Origin: Podarcis bocagei
Taxonomy: Eukaryota
Length of the DNA stretch: 64,000 nucleotides
NCBI GenBank assembly: GCA_964188305.1
Contig: OZ076892.1
Strand: one strand, 5' to 3'
Part shown: in pieces, positions 48,301-60,029 of the stretch
Numbering within the stretch: position 1 is the first letter of the stretch
Layout of the letters: every line of letters starts with the position of its first letter
Position numbers and translations under genes: made by a program
Notes under the pieces: generated by a model
What the model was told of the DNA's origin: nothing
The model's input: the letters and a program-made list of their open reading frames with translations, nothing else
Database searches by the model: none

Positions 48301-51300
48301 AAATGCTGGTGAAATCGGCACCAGTGGTGCCATGGCAGAATCTGACAAGTCAGGAAGAATGTGCCCGGCTCTGGATAGAACTAGGCAAAACCTGACAGGG
48401 GTCGTGGTTGATGACTGGCAGAGTCAGAAGTCAGCTGGGTTTTCAGCTTCAAGTGCTGGTTCCCACATAGAATTGACTTTTACTGCTTGGACTAGTAAAA
48501 CATTGGCTGTTTGGTGACCCTAATTGCTTAGGTCATCAGCCAAGGTCCTGCTCTGGGTGTCTCTGCCTTCAGAGGTTAGGCCTTCTCAGTGGTGATGCCT
48601 AGTCACTGGTGACCCTGTCTGATCTCATCACTGTTAACCTTGTTAGGCATCAAATTGTTGCTGTTTTCCTGGGACTTATCTTGAAGAATGCCCGTCTTTT
48701 CCTCTTTATTGCTGCTGGCTATTTAATTTGATTATGCTTAGTTTTTTGATTCAGTTTCATTATTTGTTGCATTAAGAGATCTTTAAGCAGGGTGGAAAGA
48801 TTACAAATTAAATAATTAAATGATTTTTTAAAAGTCCCAGAATACTTACCATGGATGAGGTCCCACATCTCTCATATTGCAAGAGACATAGGAAGTGCAC
48901 GGGTCGACCTAAGGGTCCTCTTTCAATCTGACTTTTCAACGGGTGCTGCATTGGCCCTTGGCAGAGTTTCTTCCAGCTCAGATGGTTGAGGTCTCAGCTT
49001 GAGACCTGTCTGGAATTCATCTCCCAATTTGGGCTAATGGAGAGAGATGATTACGCACACACATCACATTAAGTTCTTCTGCCGATTCATATGCTGAGAC
49101 CACCTCGCTTCATGGTATTTGTGACTTTGAATATTTTAAATGTAATTATAAAATATTAAACCGGAGCAAAGAGATTTTTCAAAAGAAGCTGGCTTTAGAA
49201 GTCAAAGAGAAACTGACAGTTTTCTTTTTTCATCAAAAGTTTAAATGCCTTGCTAAAAAATATTAACTCTGCTGTCTGTATATGAGATTGTAAGAAGTTT
49301 TAAAGCAGCCCTGTGGTATGTCTTGCATCGTTGCTACAAGTTTTCTCCTTTGGGGCTATAGCAAACATTTATGGTTGTCTCTTAACATATTCAAAGTTTC
49401 ATCAGAGAATTCAATGGAAAATTAAGTGAGAGCTTAAATAATGTGCAATAACTTTGGCAGGTACACATAGTTAAGTGTAGAGAAATGTTCATGTTGGCAG
49501 CTTTCCAGCTTTCTTGAAATGATCTCTTCTCTTTGTTAAATTGTATACCTTCAGTCAGGTATCTGCAATAACAACATGGGCATCTTATTTCTATTGTTAC
49601 TTATAATTACAGTACAGCCAGCCTAGGATTGTATTACTTCAGGATGAGTGTTTTAAAGTCCTTTTCCCTACAAACTAGCTTTTCATAAGCAAGATGCTTT
49701 TGACCTTCTGAATTGCATGGCTTTTACTAGGATGGCTGACCTAACTCTTACCTGCATGGACTGTTTCCTTAATTCTTAAGCCTATCCTAAAACCCCAAAA
49801 TGAGGGCTGGTCAAAAGACATGGGGCTTGAGGGAGTTGCAGGGGCAAATAAGTGTGTGTGTAGAGATGGTCCCCTCTAGAGCCCCACAAGACCTAAGTCT
49901 GCCTCCAATGGGGACAACATCAGCAACTTTGGGTATGTAATTGCCAACTCTCAGTCCTTGACTGCTTCTTCATCTTTCACTCCGGTTGCAAAGAGAGTTG
50001 CCAGATAAAACCCACTAAAGTGATATTGCTTCCATCAGTCTTGGGGACACTTGCTTGAGAAAGCTGTTCAGGTCCTTTTGAAAAGGACTGGGGGTTTTAC
50101 ATCCCTTGTCTCTCTTTCTTTAACTAGATCAGCACACAGACACAAATCACATTAATTGTCTAAGAACTAATTAATTTAAAACAAAATTCTTGCAACCAAA
50201 TGTAGCTGTTTTGCAAGCAGATGTGAGGTTATAGGAATTTCTCTTGCCTATATTATGAAGTATACAGTTTAACCTTTAGCTATACAGTTACACCAATATG
50301 ATAGTAAAGTTGTTCTTAATATTTGCCCAGGTCTAACACCCCCAAGAAGTCAGTGATTGCTGGAAGCATGCAGCTCTTAGCAGGCGTCAAGCTGTGTACA
50401 GGAAGGATTTTAACAAATCACCCCCACTATGAGGACAAGAGCCTGAGAGAAAGAACAAAACAGGTAAGGGAGACCTTCTCAGCAGGTCCTTACAGCTGAG
50501 CCATTGGTCAGGCTGGCATAAAGTTATTAATGGGTGTAGCTAAAGGAAGCTCCATTATCTCCCACTGACACCTGGCCCAAGTCAAACATACATTGCAAGG
50601 CACTCAGCAGTGATTAAAACGAAATCAGTATTACCAAAACTGTTCTCTGGGGGAACAGATGCACTGTTTGGGGGTTCTCTTTGATCCACCATTGTCACAT
50701 AAGGCCCAACTTGTAATCAACACACCAACAGCAACTACACCTGGACCTAACATAATCTGGTATTGAGAACTACAAGACTTAATTATTGAGTTTGTTCTAT
50801 GCAGTGCTGCCATTAGGTCTGGTCCGGAAGCCATAGCTGGTGCTAGACTGCTAAGTTTGACATCCCATCCCAAACACAAACTTGATGCTGAGCCAGATTT
50901 AAGGAACTGCTGGTAACTTACCTAGCAGTCTAGTAGAGAGTATTCCCTTCCTTTATATTTCAGAAGTTGTGCATTCAGATTCTTTGGTCTTTTTCTTGTA
51001 CCCATTTCTTATCCATATATCTAGTTTAGTCAATGCAAAAGAGCCATGCTAAGCCAGACAAAAGATCCATCTTGCCCAGTGCCTTATTTCCCACAATAAT
51101 TAGCAGGGTGCTCCCGGGAAGTCCACAAGCAGCCATCAAGGCTGCAAGCCAGTTCCTGGTGTTACCTGCCATCAAGTCATATTCCATGGTATACTTTCTC
51201 TGAATACAGAGGGCCCCATCGTGACTAACTGACAGACTTCTTCACGAAGTCTGTCAGTTTACCATATCTTGGCACAGTGAATTTCATACTTCAATTTTGT

Positions 51301-52691
51301 GTTGCGTGTGTTCTTCCTTTTGTGTGTTCTGAAATATACCTCCATCCAATTTCAGTGGATGACCCTGAATTCTAGTATTATGGGACAGGTGCAGGGGACT
51401 GTCAAATTTCTCCATGTTATTTCATAAATCTCTGTCTTATGCTCCTCTCGAGTTGTCTTTCCCCCCCCCCCCAACTTCGAGCAATAAAGAAATGGCGGAA
51501 ATGGGGGTGGGAATCACAATTCTAATTAAATTACACTGTTTCTAGGTTTATCAGGTGTATGCAAAAAGATCTCCTGAAGAAGTCCACAGGATCCTCAGAT
51601 CTTTTGGGACTGACTTTGTGATCCTGGAGGACAGTATTTGTTATGAAAGAAGACACAGCAGGGGCTGTCGGCTGCGTGATCTTCTGGACATAGCAAATGG
51701 CCACGTAAGTACCGGAGCCTGCCTTCCTGTTTGCATTACAGTATTTGCAGGAACTCTGGCACAGGATCATCTCTCCCTGTAACACCCTGTGGCTTTGTAG
51801 CCAACACGGTGCACTCCAGATGTTGTTAGACTCCAACTCCCATCAGCCACAAAGCAGCCTGGCAAATGGTTAGGGACGATGGGAGTTGTACCAACAGTAA
51901 CTGGGTGGTGTCTTGATTGGCTTTAATACACAGCAAACATAGTGTGAAATGTACTATGAACCAGATAGCAGGGCTATTATGTCACTGGGAAGTCTAGCAT
52001 TTATGTTCTGTTTGGAGTTTATAAAGTAGGCTGCAATCCTAATCCCACTTGTCTGTGAGTAAGCCCCATTGAATTCTGCTGGACTAACTTCTGAGTAGAC
52101 ATAGTTAGAATTGTGCTGTAATCTGTGGTCAGGCGTTAGGGTTGCCCATGTGAATTAATATAGGATTGAATCAAGTAAAGTACAACAGTAAAGTACAATG
52201 TGCCATATACTGAAAGCACATTTTTCCTCCAAAGAATCTAGGGAACTCTAGGTTGCCTCTCACACAGCCACAATTCCCAGCACCCTTAACAAACTGCAGT
52301 TTGTAACAAACTACAGGATTCTTTGCTGGGTGTGTGAGGTGCGTGTGCTTTTTAGGTGTATGGTGTGTAGGCAGCTGTGGGCTTTTCTCTGACTATACAG
52401 TGGTATCTGGTGCTTGTACAGCTTAGTGTGTTTCCTTTGTATTGCATTAAGAGAGCAGTTCATTGTTTTAGAATGTGGCAACAAGAAGATGTTTGAACAA
52501 CCCTGTAATTTCTGTTACAGACCATGGATGGTCCTGGGGAAAATGATCCTGATTTAAAACATTCGCCACATCCTCGCTTCTGTGAGGAAATCAAACGAGA
52601 CCTGCCTTCATACACAATGTATTTTGCTAAAGTATTTCAGAACAAAACGTTCCATGTTTACAAGCTCGCTAGACATAAAAAGACTACATAG
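20920..52691 (+). CDS. DPY19L3: Protein C-mannosyltransferase DPY19L3, spliced CDS of 18 coding exons, 2181 nt, 726 aa
   Basis: All exons are GT-AG and phase-compatible. Motifs [63 protein letters not shown] and TNHPHYED match DPY19L3 as I recall it. Confidence 0.97.
22155..22284 (-). mobile_element. tRNA-Lys-derived SINE with CR1-type tail (P.s.1/SINE-like of lacertids)
   Basis: Reverse complement CAGTCGGTAGAGCATGAGACTCTTA...GGTTCCAGTCCCATGTTGGG followed by a TTCTATGATTCTA tail. Tail-only copy at ~25617-25690. Confidence 0.7.
23700..23854 (+). CDS. DPY19L3: DPY19L3 exon 3 ([15 protein letters not shown]...LWFSNIK)
   Basis: First AG after the poly-T tract ends at 23699 (in-frame alternatives end at 23714 and 23729); GTAACA donor. 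Confidence 0.88.
25906..25926 (-). mobile_element. Tiny Sauria-SINE (Squam1) 3' tail remnant
   Basis: TAAAGGTAAAGGGACCCCTGA matches my recollection of the lacertid Sauria SINE tail (reverse complement). Confidence 0.4.
27600..27854. mobile_element. hAT (Charlie-like) MITE
   Basis: Perfect 8-bp TSD GTTAAGAC (27592-27599 and 27855-27862); imperfect TIRs CAGGGGTCAGCAGAC / GTTTGCCTACCCATG. Confidence 0.88.
28802..28892 (+). CDS. DPY19L3: DPY19L3 exon 4 ([30 protein letters not shown])
   Basis: CAG acceptor, GTATTG donor; 91 nt. Confidence 0.95.
29606..29727 (+). CDS. DPY19L3: DPY19L3 exon 5 ([18 protein letters not shown]...RVFHMN)
   Basis: CAG acceptor, GTGAGT donor; 122 nt. Confidence 0.95.
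30232..30499 (+). mobile_element. Full-length young tRNA/CORE SINE (Squam3-like) with (CTT)n tail
   Basis: A-box TGGTGCAGTGG, B-box GGTTCGCGTC, CORE-like GTGACCTTGGGCTAGTCAC, L2-like 3' end GTTAGCCGCTTTGAG, CTT tail. Confidence 0.88.
30615..30760 (+). CDS. DPY19L3: DPY19L3 exon 6 ([11 protein letters not shown]...WYITNR)
   Basis: CAG acceptor, GTGAGG donor; 146 nt. Confidence 0.95.
31868..31991 (+). CDS. DPY19L3: DPY19L3 exon 7 ([21 protein letters not shown]...PTHE)
   Basis: CAG acceptor, GTGAGC donor; 124 nt. Confidence 0.95.
33035..33169 (+). CDS. DPY19L3: DPY19L3 exon 8 ([23 protein letters not shown]...PRGK)
   Basis: CAG acceptor, GTAAGC donor; 135 nt. Confidence 0.95.
33725..33856 (+). 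CDS. DPY19L3: DPY19L3 exon 9 (VTWIYIIQ...LARKLQ)
   Basis: TAG acceptor, GTATGT donor; 132 nt. Confidence 0.94.
34180..34234. repeat. (TTA)n microsatellite
   Basis: Directly visible. Confidence 0.92.
35400..35690 (+). mobile_element. Degraded DIRS-type retrotransposon remnant (tyrosine recombinase C-terminus)
   Basis: 35418-35507 translates to [30 protein letters not shown], preceded by a frameshifted EEI. Resembles the DIRS YR motif EIC.AATW....F.RHY.LD......FG..VL. Confidence 0.5.
35883..35984 (+). CDS. DPY19L3: DPY19L3 exon 10 ([15 protein letters not shown]...NNFIK)
   Basis: CAG acceptor, GTGAGT donor; 102 nt. Confidence 0.94.
36760..36833 (+). CDS. DPY19L3: DPY19L3 exon 11 ([25 protein letters not shown])
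   Basis: CAG acceptor, GTATGG donor; 74 nt. Confidence 0.95.
37416..37574 (+). CDS. DPY19L3: DPY19L3 exon 12 ([21 protein letters not shown]...AFQNLS)
   Basis: TAG acceptor, GTATGT donor; 159 nt. Confidence 0.95.
38220..38522. mobile_element. Tc1/mariner (Tigger-like) MITE, second subfamily
   Basis: TIRs CAGTGGTGCCCTGCAAGACGAA / TTCGTCTTGCGAGGCACCACTG, TA TSDs, CpG retained. Confidence 0.85.
38622..38762. other. Assembly gap (N run)
   Basis: 141 N in DPY19L3 intron 12; the CDS is continuous across it. Confidence 0.99.
39223..39345 (+). CDS. DPY19L3: DPY19L3 exon 13 ([13 protein letters not shown]...LALSTMR)
   Basis: CAG acceptor, GTACCC donor; 123 nt. Confidence 0.93.
39741..39852 (+). 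CDS. DPY19L3: DPY19L3 exon 14 ([13 protein letters not shown]...HLYTPQR)
   Basis: CAG acceptor, GTTAGT donor; 112 nt. Confidence 0.95.
40401..40457 (+). CDS. DPY19L3: DPY19L3 exon 15 ([19 protein letters not shown])
   Basis: TAG acceptor, GTAGGG donor; 57 nt. Confidence 0.92.
40730..40830 (+). mobile_element. SINE/CR1-type 3' end fragment
   Basis: GGCCACTGTGAGAACAGGATGCTGGACTAG...GGCCTGATCCAGCAGG...TTCTTA. Related pieces at ~29870-30060 (-), ~51040-51390 (-) and ~61650-61850 (+). Confidence 0.55.
41270..41560 (+). mobile_element. Old L2 3' fragment
   Basis: AGGGCCTTTTCGGTGGTGG (RAFSVV) and a TGTAAGCCACCTTG tail. Confidence 0.5.
41671..41823. other. Assembly gap (N run)
   Basis: 153 N in DPY19L3 intron 15. 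Confidence 0.99.
43469..43551 (+). CDS. DPY19L3: DPY19L3 exon 16 ([28 protein letters not shown])
   Basis: TAG acceptor, GTAAGA donor; 83 nt. Confidence 0.96.
45340..45393. repeat. Compound (CT)n(GT)n microsatellite
   Basis: Directly visible. Confidence 0.92.
45920..46937 (+). mobile_element. Young 5'-truncated L2-clade LINE (ORF2 C-terminal region, 3'UTR, (TTA)n tail)
   Basis: Peptides [48 protein letters not shown] and [14 protein letters not shown]; about one frameshift and one stop; possible TSD TGAAAT. Confidence 0.92.
47037..47262. mobile_element. Tc1/mariner (Tigger/pogo-like) MITE
   Basis: TIRs CAGTGGTACCTCAGGTT / AACCCAAAGTACCACTG, TA TSDs; paralogous to 19211-19432. Confidence 0.87.
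50331..50463 (+). CDS. DPY19L3: DPY19L3 exon 17 ([44 protein letters not shown])
   Basis: CAG acceptor, GTAAGG donor; 133 nt. Confidence 0.96.
51546..51704 (+). CDS. DPY19L3: DPY19L3 exon 18 ([13 protein letters not shown]...DIANGH)
   Basis: TAG acceptor, GTAAGT donor; 159 nt. Confidence 0.96.
52521..52691 (+). CDS. DPY19L3: DPY19L3 last coding exon ([12 protein letters not shown]...[18 protein letters not shown])
   Basis: CAG acceptor; TAG at 52689-52691. Confidence 0.95.
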   Translation, partial: TMDGPGENDPDLKHSPHPRFCEEIKRDLPSYTMYFAKVFQNKTFHVYKLARHKKTT

Positions 52692-55245
52692 CTTTGCTGT
52701 GACCGCAGCAGCTCATGCCAAGAGTTTACAGAAACGGTTCATGGGGCGAGGTGGAATCATTGTACACTGGGTTAAGTGTTTTACCTTTTAATTACTGTGA
52801 TCATTAGAAAGGGTTTGTGCTGATAATGTTTTTATGTGTCCAGAAAGCTTTTCTAGACTACAGAAGGCTGGTTCAGAAAGGGCTCTGGTGCAGACGCTGT
52901 ACAAGTGGTGTGGTGCAAGCTCCACCCTGACGTCTTCAGTGTCATGTGGGAGTGACTCTTTTGTGAAGCACGATGGCACATCCCCCATGAAAACGATGCT
53001 CAACATACAGAGAAGGGGGTGGAGTCTCACCTGCATTGCACTCAAAGCATACTTACCCAGGACCTCTGTGGACCAGCTGTTGTGTCTTTCCATCTACTGC
53101 TAATCTAGGGGAGTCTGCTCAGGGTTCTGGCTTGCTAACATGATCCTGTTGATACCATTAGTGTCTTGTTGTTGCTTCTTCGTTTATTTTTCTTAGGGTG
53201 CTTGGGAACACCAATCCAAAAACATTTTCTTGGGAGTAGTTTCTCCAGATTTTTCTTGGTGCTTTTTCCATGGTTGCTTAAGCATCACAGACTAATCTTC
53301 TGATGTCTCAGCCCTCAACCCGGATCCCAGAGCTTTGCTGCCAAAGTGCTTAGGGTGTATATACCAGTGACCTTTTCCTTTTCTAATGCTAGGACCCAGA
53401 TGTGAGCTTTGTAATAGCCATCAGCAATGCAATGCTTTCGGTAACCTTCCCTTCACACGCACACCCTGCTCTCCCTTGCTTCTCTCTCAGACAGCACAGC
53501 TCTGAGGATACTTGGCCCTCTGCTGACAAGGATGGAGCTGCCAGTCTCTTAGCAGCCACTGTGCAGCTGAGGGCAAAGTAACCCAAGAACATCCCTGCGT
53601 ACAGTTTTGCTCTTAGCAGGGACAAAGTGAGGATTTTCCCCAGCAGGGACAGCTATGCTGTTCTTGCCACAGCATTGTCTTTGTGCCATTGCTCATCCAA
53701 CACCGGGTCCTTAATTTTTGCTGCAGGTTGATCTGCCCGAAAGAAAAGCTCTGGGCTTTGTGTGAGTGCTGTTGCTGAAGACCATAGTCCAGCAAAAGGC
53801 TTGTGTCCGTCATTTGAACATTGCTCTCCTTCCTCATTGTATGGTACTTCTCAAGCTCTCTTGACTTTCAAACACTTGTTGCTCAGCATTCCATTTGTAA
53901 TGTTTAGTGGCTGCTTGTTTTACCTGTGGTTCCACACTTGATGACTGATTTTTGTGTGTGGTTTTCAAACTTCGAAGACTGGAGCATGTTGGGTTTCCTT
54001 GTTTTTCTTTTGATAATGTAGCATGTTGTGGCGTCCTTTCAGAGGAGCTTTTACAAACAAGCAAAATGCCCCCCCATGTCCCCTCCTGCATATTACAATG
54101 TTCAATGACTGTATTCTGTTCTCCCACCCCCCTTCTAAGTGTGTCTTTTTAAGTAAGAATACCAAACCCAAGAGAAACACTGTCATGAGCTTCGTTATTA
54201 AAAGTGGTAGGCTATATTGTGCTTTAAGGGAGATTTTTGCTTTATTGTATGTGACAAGTACTTACACGAACCGTTTCCTCTCAAAGATCCTCCCCCCCTT
54301 CAATGTTTCCCCCCCTCCTTACTTGGACAAAAAACAACAACCCCATGAATCATGTTCCTTATGTTGAAGCAAATAGATTTCACATTTTTGTACTTTTATG
54401 AAGACTATCAACTTTATAATGCTGTGCTTTTTTATTAAAAAAGTCACTGTGATGTTTTTAAAGCTAATTTTAACATTTTTATATGAGACTTATGGCAGGG
54501 TTGGTTTGGAAGTAGAACTTTCCCAGTCATTAACAAGTAACTTGGCAGCTGTAGGCACAATCTTTATTAACTTCAAAGTCCCATTCAAATGAATGGGAGT
54601 TGGGCAAGGCCACAATCCATCTCTTGTTAACTCAATTTTTTCCCTGGTGTAATAATGGCCAGTGTTCACTTCTGGTGCAAAATCTGATGGTAATCAAGTG
54701 CCTCTGGAAAAACATCAATAGGAAGCATATTTGGCCTGCTCAAATAGTTCACGTAAGAAAATTGTTGCAATTAATTCCTAACGATGAGAAACTTGCAGAG
54801 CTTCAGCTAGCCTCCCCCACATTTAATTAAATCAAGATGTGTAATGAGATTAAAGTTCCCCAACTGAGCTATGTTCCAGTTCCCAATGATTTAAACACTT
54901 TCCCCCTCTGCAGTTGTTCCTTGGTAAATTACTGCAGGGCTAGATACGGTTCTGTCACCCTCACACAAAATAATTTTACATTTAGGCGCAAGTATTCATT
55001 AAATAACACACAGGATCCTTCTGCGCTTTCATCCCAGCACCACCAAAAGGAAAGCAGACTTTAATCAGCTCACACTTAAATCAAACCTGGAGGTGAGCCA
55101 TGCAGGATTTTTTTTATTTTTTATTTATTTTTTTAGTGAGGAAGCAAAGCCCCTGAATAATTCCTACTCTGTTTCCCTTAATGAGGTTGGAGCCCACTGC
55201 CGCTTCAACATAATACAATAATAAAACATTCTAATAAGTAGTAAA
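52692..55245 (+). other. DPY19L3: Probable DPY19L3 3'UTR (candidate poly(A) signals ATTAAA ~54196 and ~54434, AATAAA 55220-55225)
   Basis: Follows the stop codon; which poly(A) site is used cannot be determined from sequence alone. Confidence 0.4.
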
Positions 55246-56319
55246 ACTTTAATTAAGCCTGTAGTGATGTGTGCCTGATCTTGCTGGGAGCCTGGGTCAG
55301 CAGATTCCTCGCTGGTAATGCTGCATGCTAATTCAGGATAAGCACATCCCAGGCACAGTGGAGTGAGATAAGGTTGCCCTGTCCTTTAGAGGCAGTGGGC
55401 ATAATCAGCTGAGGATGCAGGCACTCACGGCCACTTTGCCCAGAACATTATGCACCTGTCTCCCAAGCAGCCCACACAGACGCAGTATATCAGGCCTCAT
55501 CTTATTTTAAGCCTTAAGCTCGGCCAGTGTGGAGGAGCAGGCAGAGATATGACAGCCTGCATGTGGTTCTGAGGTCTTATTGCGGCGGCTGCAGACACCA
55601 CTGTCATGGCATATGCAAAACGGGGGCATGGCCAGGTGGGCACTTGAGGTGCTGGCAGCTCACCACTTTAGTACCTGCTGCTTAACTTCAGCTTCCCCAG
55701 CAAGAATTCCGATGGCACTACTATCTTTTTTTAAAAAGAAGAACACTGACCCATGCACTGTTTCAGTATTTTCACGTCACATTTTTTATTACCAAATATG
55801 TATGATCAAATATTGCCATCTTAGATATGCAAGCTTTTAAAAAAACAAACTGGAGCTGTCAGTTGTCTCACCCCACCCCACCCCCCGACCAAGCCAAATC
55901 TGACCTTGACTATAACAAAACAGAGTGAGAAGGCAATCTTTTTTATTGGGCCAACTAAAATACTGGATGCAAGTTTTTGGGTTGCACAGAACTCTCTGGT
56001 GCACTTAGTGTGACCTTAAGAGGGACATGGTCAGTGGAGAAGGAGGGCGAGAGAGAGAGAGCTGCTACTTGGGTCATTGGAATGATGAAGCTGCATTAAG
56101 GGTGTTAAAAGGGAAATTTCTTTTTATTTGTAATGTGCCTGATACCTGCAAAGCAATTTCAGGGGTCTGGGTGGCTTGGTGTTGTTGTGGGAATGTTGTA
56201 GGCATCAGGAATAGCCTTTGAGATGCTTGGTGCCAAATGGTTTTTGTTTGCTTTGCTCCTGTAGTTATCAATACTTGAGGGCTGTTAGAATGTGCCAGGG
56301 GTCCTTTTCCTGTCTAATA

Positions 56320-56383
56320 TTCCTTCCTTCCTTCCTTCCTTCCTTCCTTCCTTCCTTCCTTCCTTCCTTCCTTCCTTCCTTCC
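56320..56383. repeat. (TTCC)n microsatellite
   Basis: Directly visible. Confidence 0.93.
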
Positions 56384-57626
56384 CACCCTTTCCAGTCATG
56401 AAAATGTACCCCCCCCCACTTCATTTTAATTTAAGGAAGAAAGGAGGAGGTTCAGAAGTAAAGATTGGCCAGTAGGTTGGCTGGTGAGTCCCCATCCTGT
56501 GCCTTTTGTCTGCGAGCACTCAAGGATACACAGTGCTGGCACCTTTTTTTTCTAGAAGAAAAGCACTGGTTTAAAGTGTGGCATTTAATGTAACAGCTTC
56601 ATGGTGAGTACCAGCACCGTTTTACTAGAAGAAAAGCAATGGTTTCCCCCACATCCTTACTTGAACATGCACAATCCGAAGCCAGGTCTGACCACCTGAA
56701 AAAGCCCCAACATCAGGGATTGTGGAATAAATCCAAGCAGCGACATGTATAATGAGGAACACATGTGATACAGACCACAATAGCTAGAGCCTCAATAAGT
56801 GCAGGAGATGACATTTTGGATGCCAGCATGGCACAGCTCAAGGTGGTGAGTGATACAATCATCAAAGGAAGTTTGAGGGACCTTTGCAAATAAGTACCGG
56901 TACATGGGGAGCAGGAGTTGGGAATGGTAGGGAACAGAACCCTAGAAAGCTGAATTCAGAACCTTGCAGGCATGTGCCCTGTTTCTCAGCATGCTGTGGC
57001 TGGGTGGCTTCCTTTTACAGCCCAAGGGTCACACCTGCCCTTGGCCCCCACCCATTGGGAGCTGCATGCCATCAAGTTAGCGTGGCCAAAACTGGGTGCA
57101 GCCACCACACACTAAAGCAGGAACACACACAGACACATAGCCCACCTGCCTCAGCTGATCCATGAAGAAAGAGCTATCATCTCACCACTCAACAAATGAT
57201 CAGTCTGATGTCTGGGAACGGCATGATTTACATCGTCTCCCAGGTCCTGGGCTCTGCCCAGCCTGTGCTGTGTACAACCAGCTCACAACTTGTGTGCATT
57301 TAACTTGCACAATCGCAGCTTTACACTCTTAGTGGCCGGCCAGCACACAGTCACCCAAATTAAACACACACAAGGCGGAGAGCTTAAAAGCTGTTTCTGC
57401 ATCACATTTTCCTGCTGTGGAAAAAGCTTTTAAGGTCTCCACCTTGCTATCTGGTTCTGGGAAGGTCTCACATTGGCTCTGGGCAGCTCCAGTGAGATCT
57501 CAGGAGCCCCCCAGAGCTGGTATTAGAGCCTCCCATAGCCCATTAAGCAAAACAAAGAGCTTATAAGCTCTGCCTTGCTTGGGTGGCAAGGCTCACATGG
57601 TGTACTGGCTCCAGAAAGGTAGGGAT

Positions 57627-57675
57627 GGTTGCATGGGAGCGGTTCTGGGGTTGCATGGGAGCGGTTCTGGGGTTG
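57627..57675. repeat. Exact 22-bp tandem duplication GGTTGCATGGGAGCGGTTCTGG x2
   Basis: Directly visible. Confidence 0.85.
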
Positions 57676-60029
57676 TTTTGGCTACACACAATTTTGGCTT
57701 TACACATCATCTCCTGCACTTATTGGGGCTATAGCTATTGTGGTGTGAATCTAACTCCCACGCAAGTTGTGAGTCATCTGTATTTATTTTCACTTTTCTG
57801 CTGCAACCAAAACTGGAGAAGTTGGGGGGGTTCCGTTTTGGGGGAAGCAGGTCAAGCCCTTGAACTTGGGGTTAGAAACTATAGCCTAGGAGGGAACTGT
57901 AGGAAGGGGGCACTGCTGCAGAATTCATAAGCTGCCAAAGATTCAAGTCTAGCTGTGAGCTAGTTCAGCGACAGGGCTAGTTCCCATTCTGGGAGCAAAG
58001 ACTGGGGGTTTTCATGCTGCTTCAGGTCAGTTTTTCTTCCTCTTCAGTACTGCATTCCCTTAGTTCAGGCCTGTACAACTTATGACCCACCAAGCCAAGT
58101 GTAACACACCAGCCATGCCTATTGGCCCACCAGATGATCAGCAAATCTGCCTGTCTTTGACTGCAAACCTGAGCAGGACTGGGTGGGGGGAACATGGCTG
58201 ATGAATTGCATTTTGTGAGCTGGCCTGGGAGGCCTGCCTTTAGCACATGGGATGAGAAATCTGTAGCCCTCCAAATGTGGTTGTACTCAATGTTCATCAG
58301 ACCCAGCCAGATTGGCCAGTGTTTGGCAATGATGGACACCGGAGTCCCAAGTGGAAGGCCACATGCTAGCCATCCCCGTTCCACACGGTGTCATCTGTAA
58401 CATTCTGCTACCAAATGCATGCCAAAAAAAAGTTGTTTTATTATTAAACTTGAGTCTCTTCTCGCTTGCAAGAAACCCTTGCATCCAACCTGCAAGCTAC
58501 TTGCAGTGCAATGCTAAACCATGTTTACACAGAAGTAGATCCAATGGATGTCCAGTGGATCTACTTTCAAGTTCAAACCCAACTTGTTGCTGCCCTTGTC
58601 TGCTCCTTGGCCCCTTAGTGTGGAAGAAAAGGCTACTCTACATTTATACAGAAGAGAAGTTTTCTATACAGTTACGGTCAAAGTGAAATTGTCAGTCTGT
58701 GGAGCTAAAAAGTCAAAAGGAGGCCGGTATGAACATGAGGAGACACACATCTTCAATATTTTTGCTGGTTAACACTTCACCGTGCAGGCATTTTATAAGA
58801 TGCTGTACTGAGATGCATGAATATTGTCTTCTAAATAAAGTTTGATCTGCAAATCAAAACCTGTTGCCATCTGTCCTTTTTAAGGCAGCCATTTAGAAAC
58901 CTGCTTCTCTTGTTGCTCACATCCTCTGTCAAAAGCAGCTCATTCTTCTGCCAAAAGAAGCTTTTTGACCTTGTCTTAAGCGCCTTAACATGCTGAAAGG
59001 AGTTAATATTTATTTAAATCATCTTTGGGCTTTGACAGCTTGTAAGAGTAGCTTTTATTGAATTTCCAAGTTAAATGATTTAGCAGTAGCATTTTTTCCC
59101 CCTGCCATTGCTGCCTGGCGCACTTAACTTTTGTGAGGTTAGCAGCTTGTCTGAGGAAGTTATTTGGATAGCGTTAAATAGAAGTTGCTTTCTGATCCAT
59201 GGGGATCCATTGCTGCTTTTTCCCTTTCCTCCTAATGGTGAATTTCTCAATAGTTTTGAAACTTTCTATGATAGAAAGAAGCAGGTCTCTTGTCAGGGAA
59301 GCCCAGCCAAAAGTAATTGCATGTGGCATGCAGCCTTATTTGAATTTCGAAAGATTGGTCTAGGACAAGGGTTTAAAAATACAGTATTGCCGAGATCTCA
59401 TGGATAAGCATGGCCTGCCTTCAGTCAAAACCACTGCCTTGTTTGACTGGTAAAGTGATTAAAAGTTTGTAGTGTAAAGCAAGTGCAAGCCAGGAACTCA
59501 AACTAGATTGGGTTGATGACGGTCTATGTTGGATGTAATTGCTTCAGGAAACCTATTTCAGAAATAATTGATCTAGTATGAGCCTCTGTAGAGCAGCAGT
59601 ATTACTCAAGAGCATGTTTACTATACTGTCAGGAAAGCTGGCAGTGACCCTTTTTACATGCTGCTCCAGAGGTGGAGGTTGCCTGGAAAGTAAAGGAAAC
59701 ACAATAGCTTGGGGTCCAGGGGGTGACAATAAGCTGTTGCAGTAACCATGAGTTACTGTGGCTAGTGCTAGCTACATCAGATAAAGGGAGTGGTCTGGTT
59801 ACTAAGGTGTTCATATTAAATAAAATGCAGATCCATGAAGCTGAGCTAGCTGGACAAACTTCATCAAGGGAGTGGCATGCAGCCATAGTCTTTAGGGTAT
59901 GTAGTATAGAACAACTGTTAACCTGTATCGGGAATATCTTTGGTAGCATCTGGTAAGAGGTGGTGCAGTGGCTTGTGTTCCCTCTGCTAGCAGCACACAG
60001 GAAGATAGGAAATGGTGTGATAGCAAGTC

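Noticed and set aside
52677-52691. C-terminal KKTT resembling a KKxx ER-retrieval motif
   Set aside because: As I recall, the DPY19L3 C-terminal domain is luminal, so COPI could not read it; probably coincidental unless the topology differs.
58194-58400. ORF starting MADEL, superficially like the PDCD5 start (MADEEL)
   Set aside because: No similarity beyond 4 residues, it runs into a MITE, and there is no CpG island. PDCD5 is not visible in the window.
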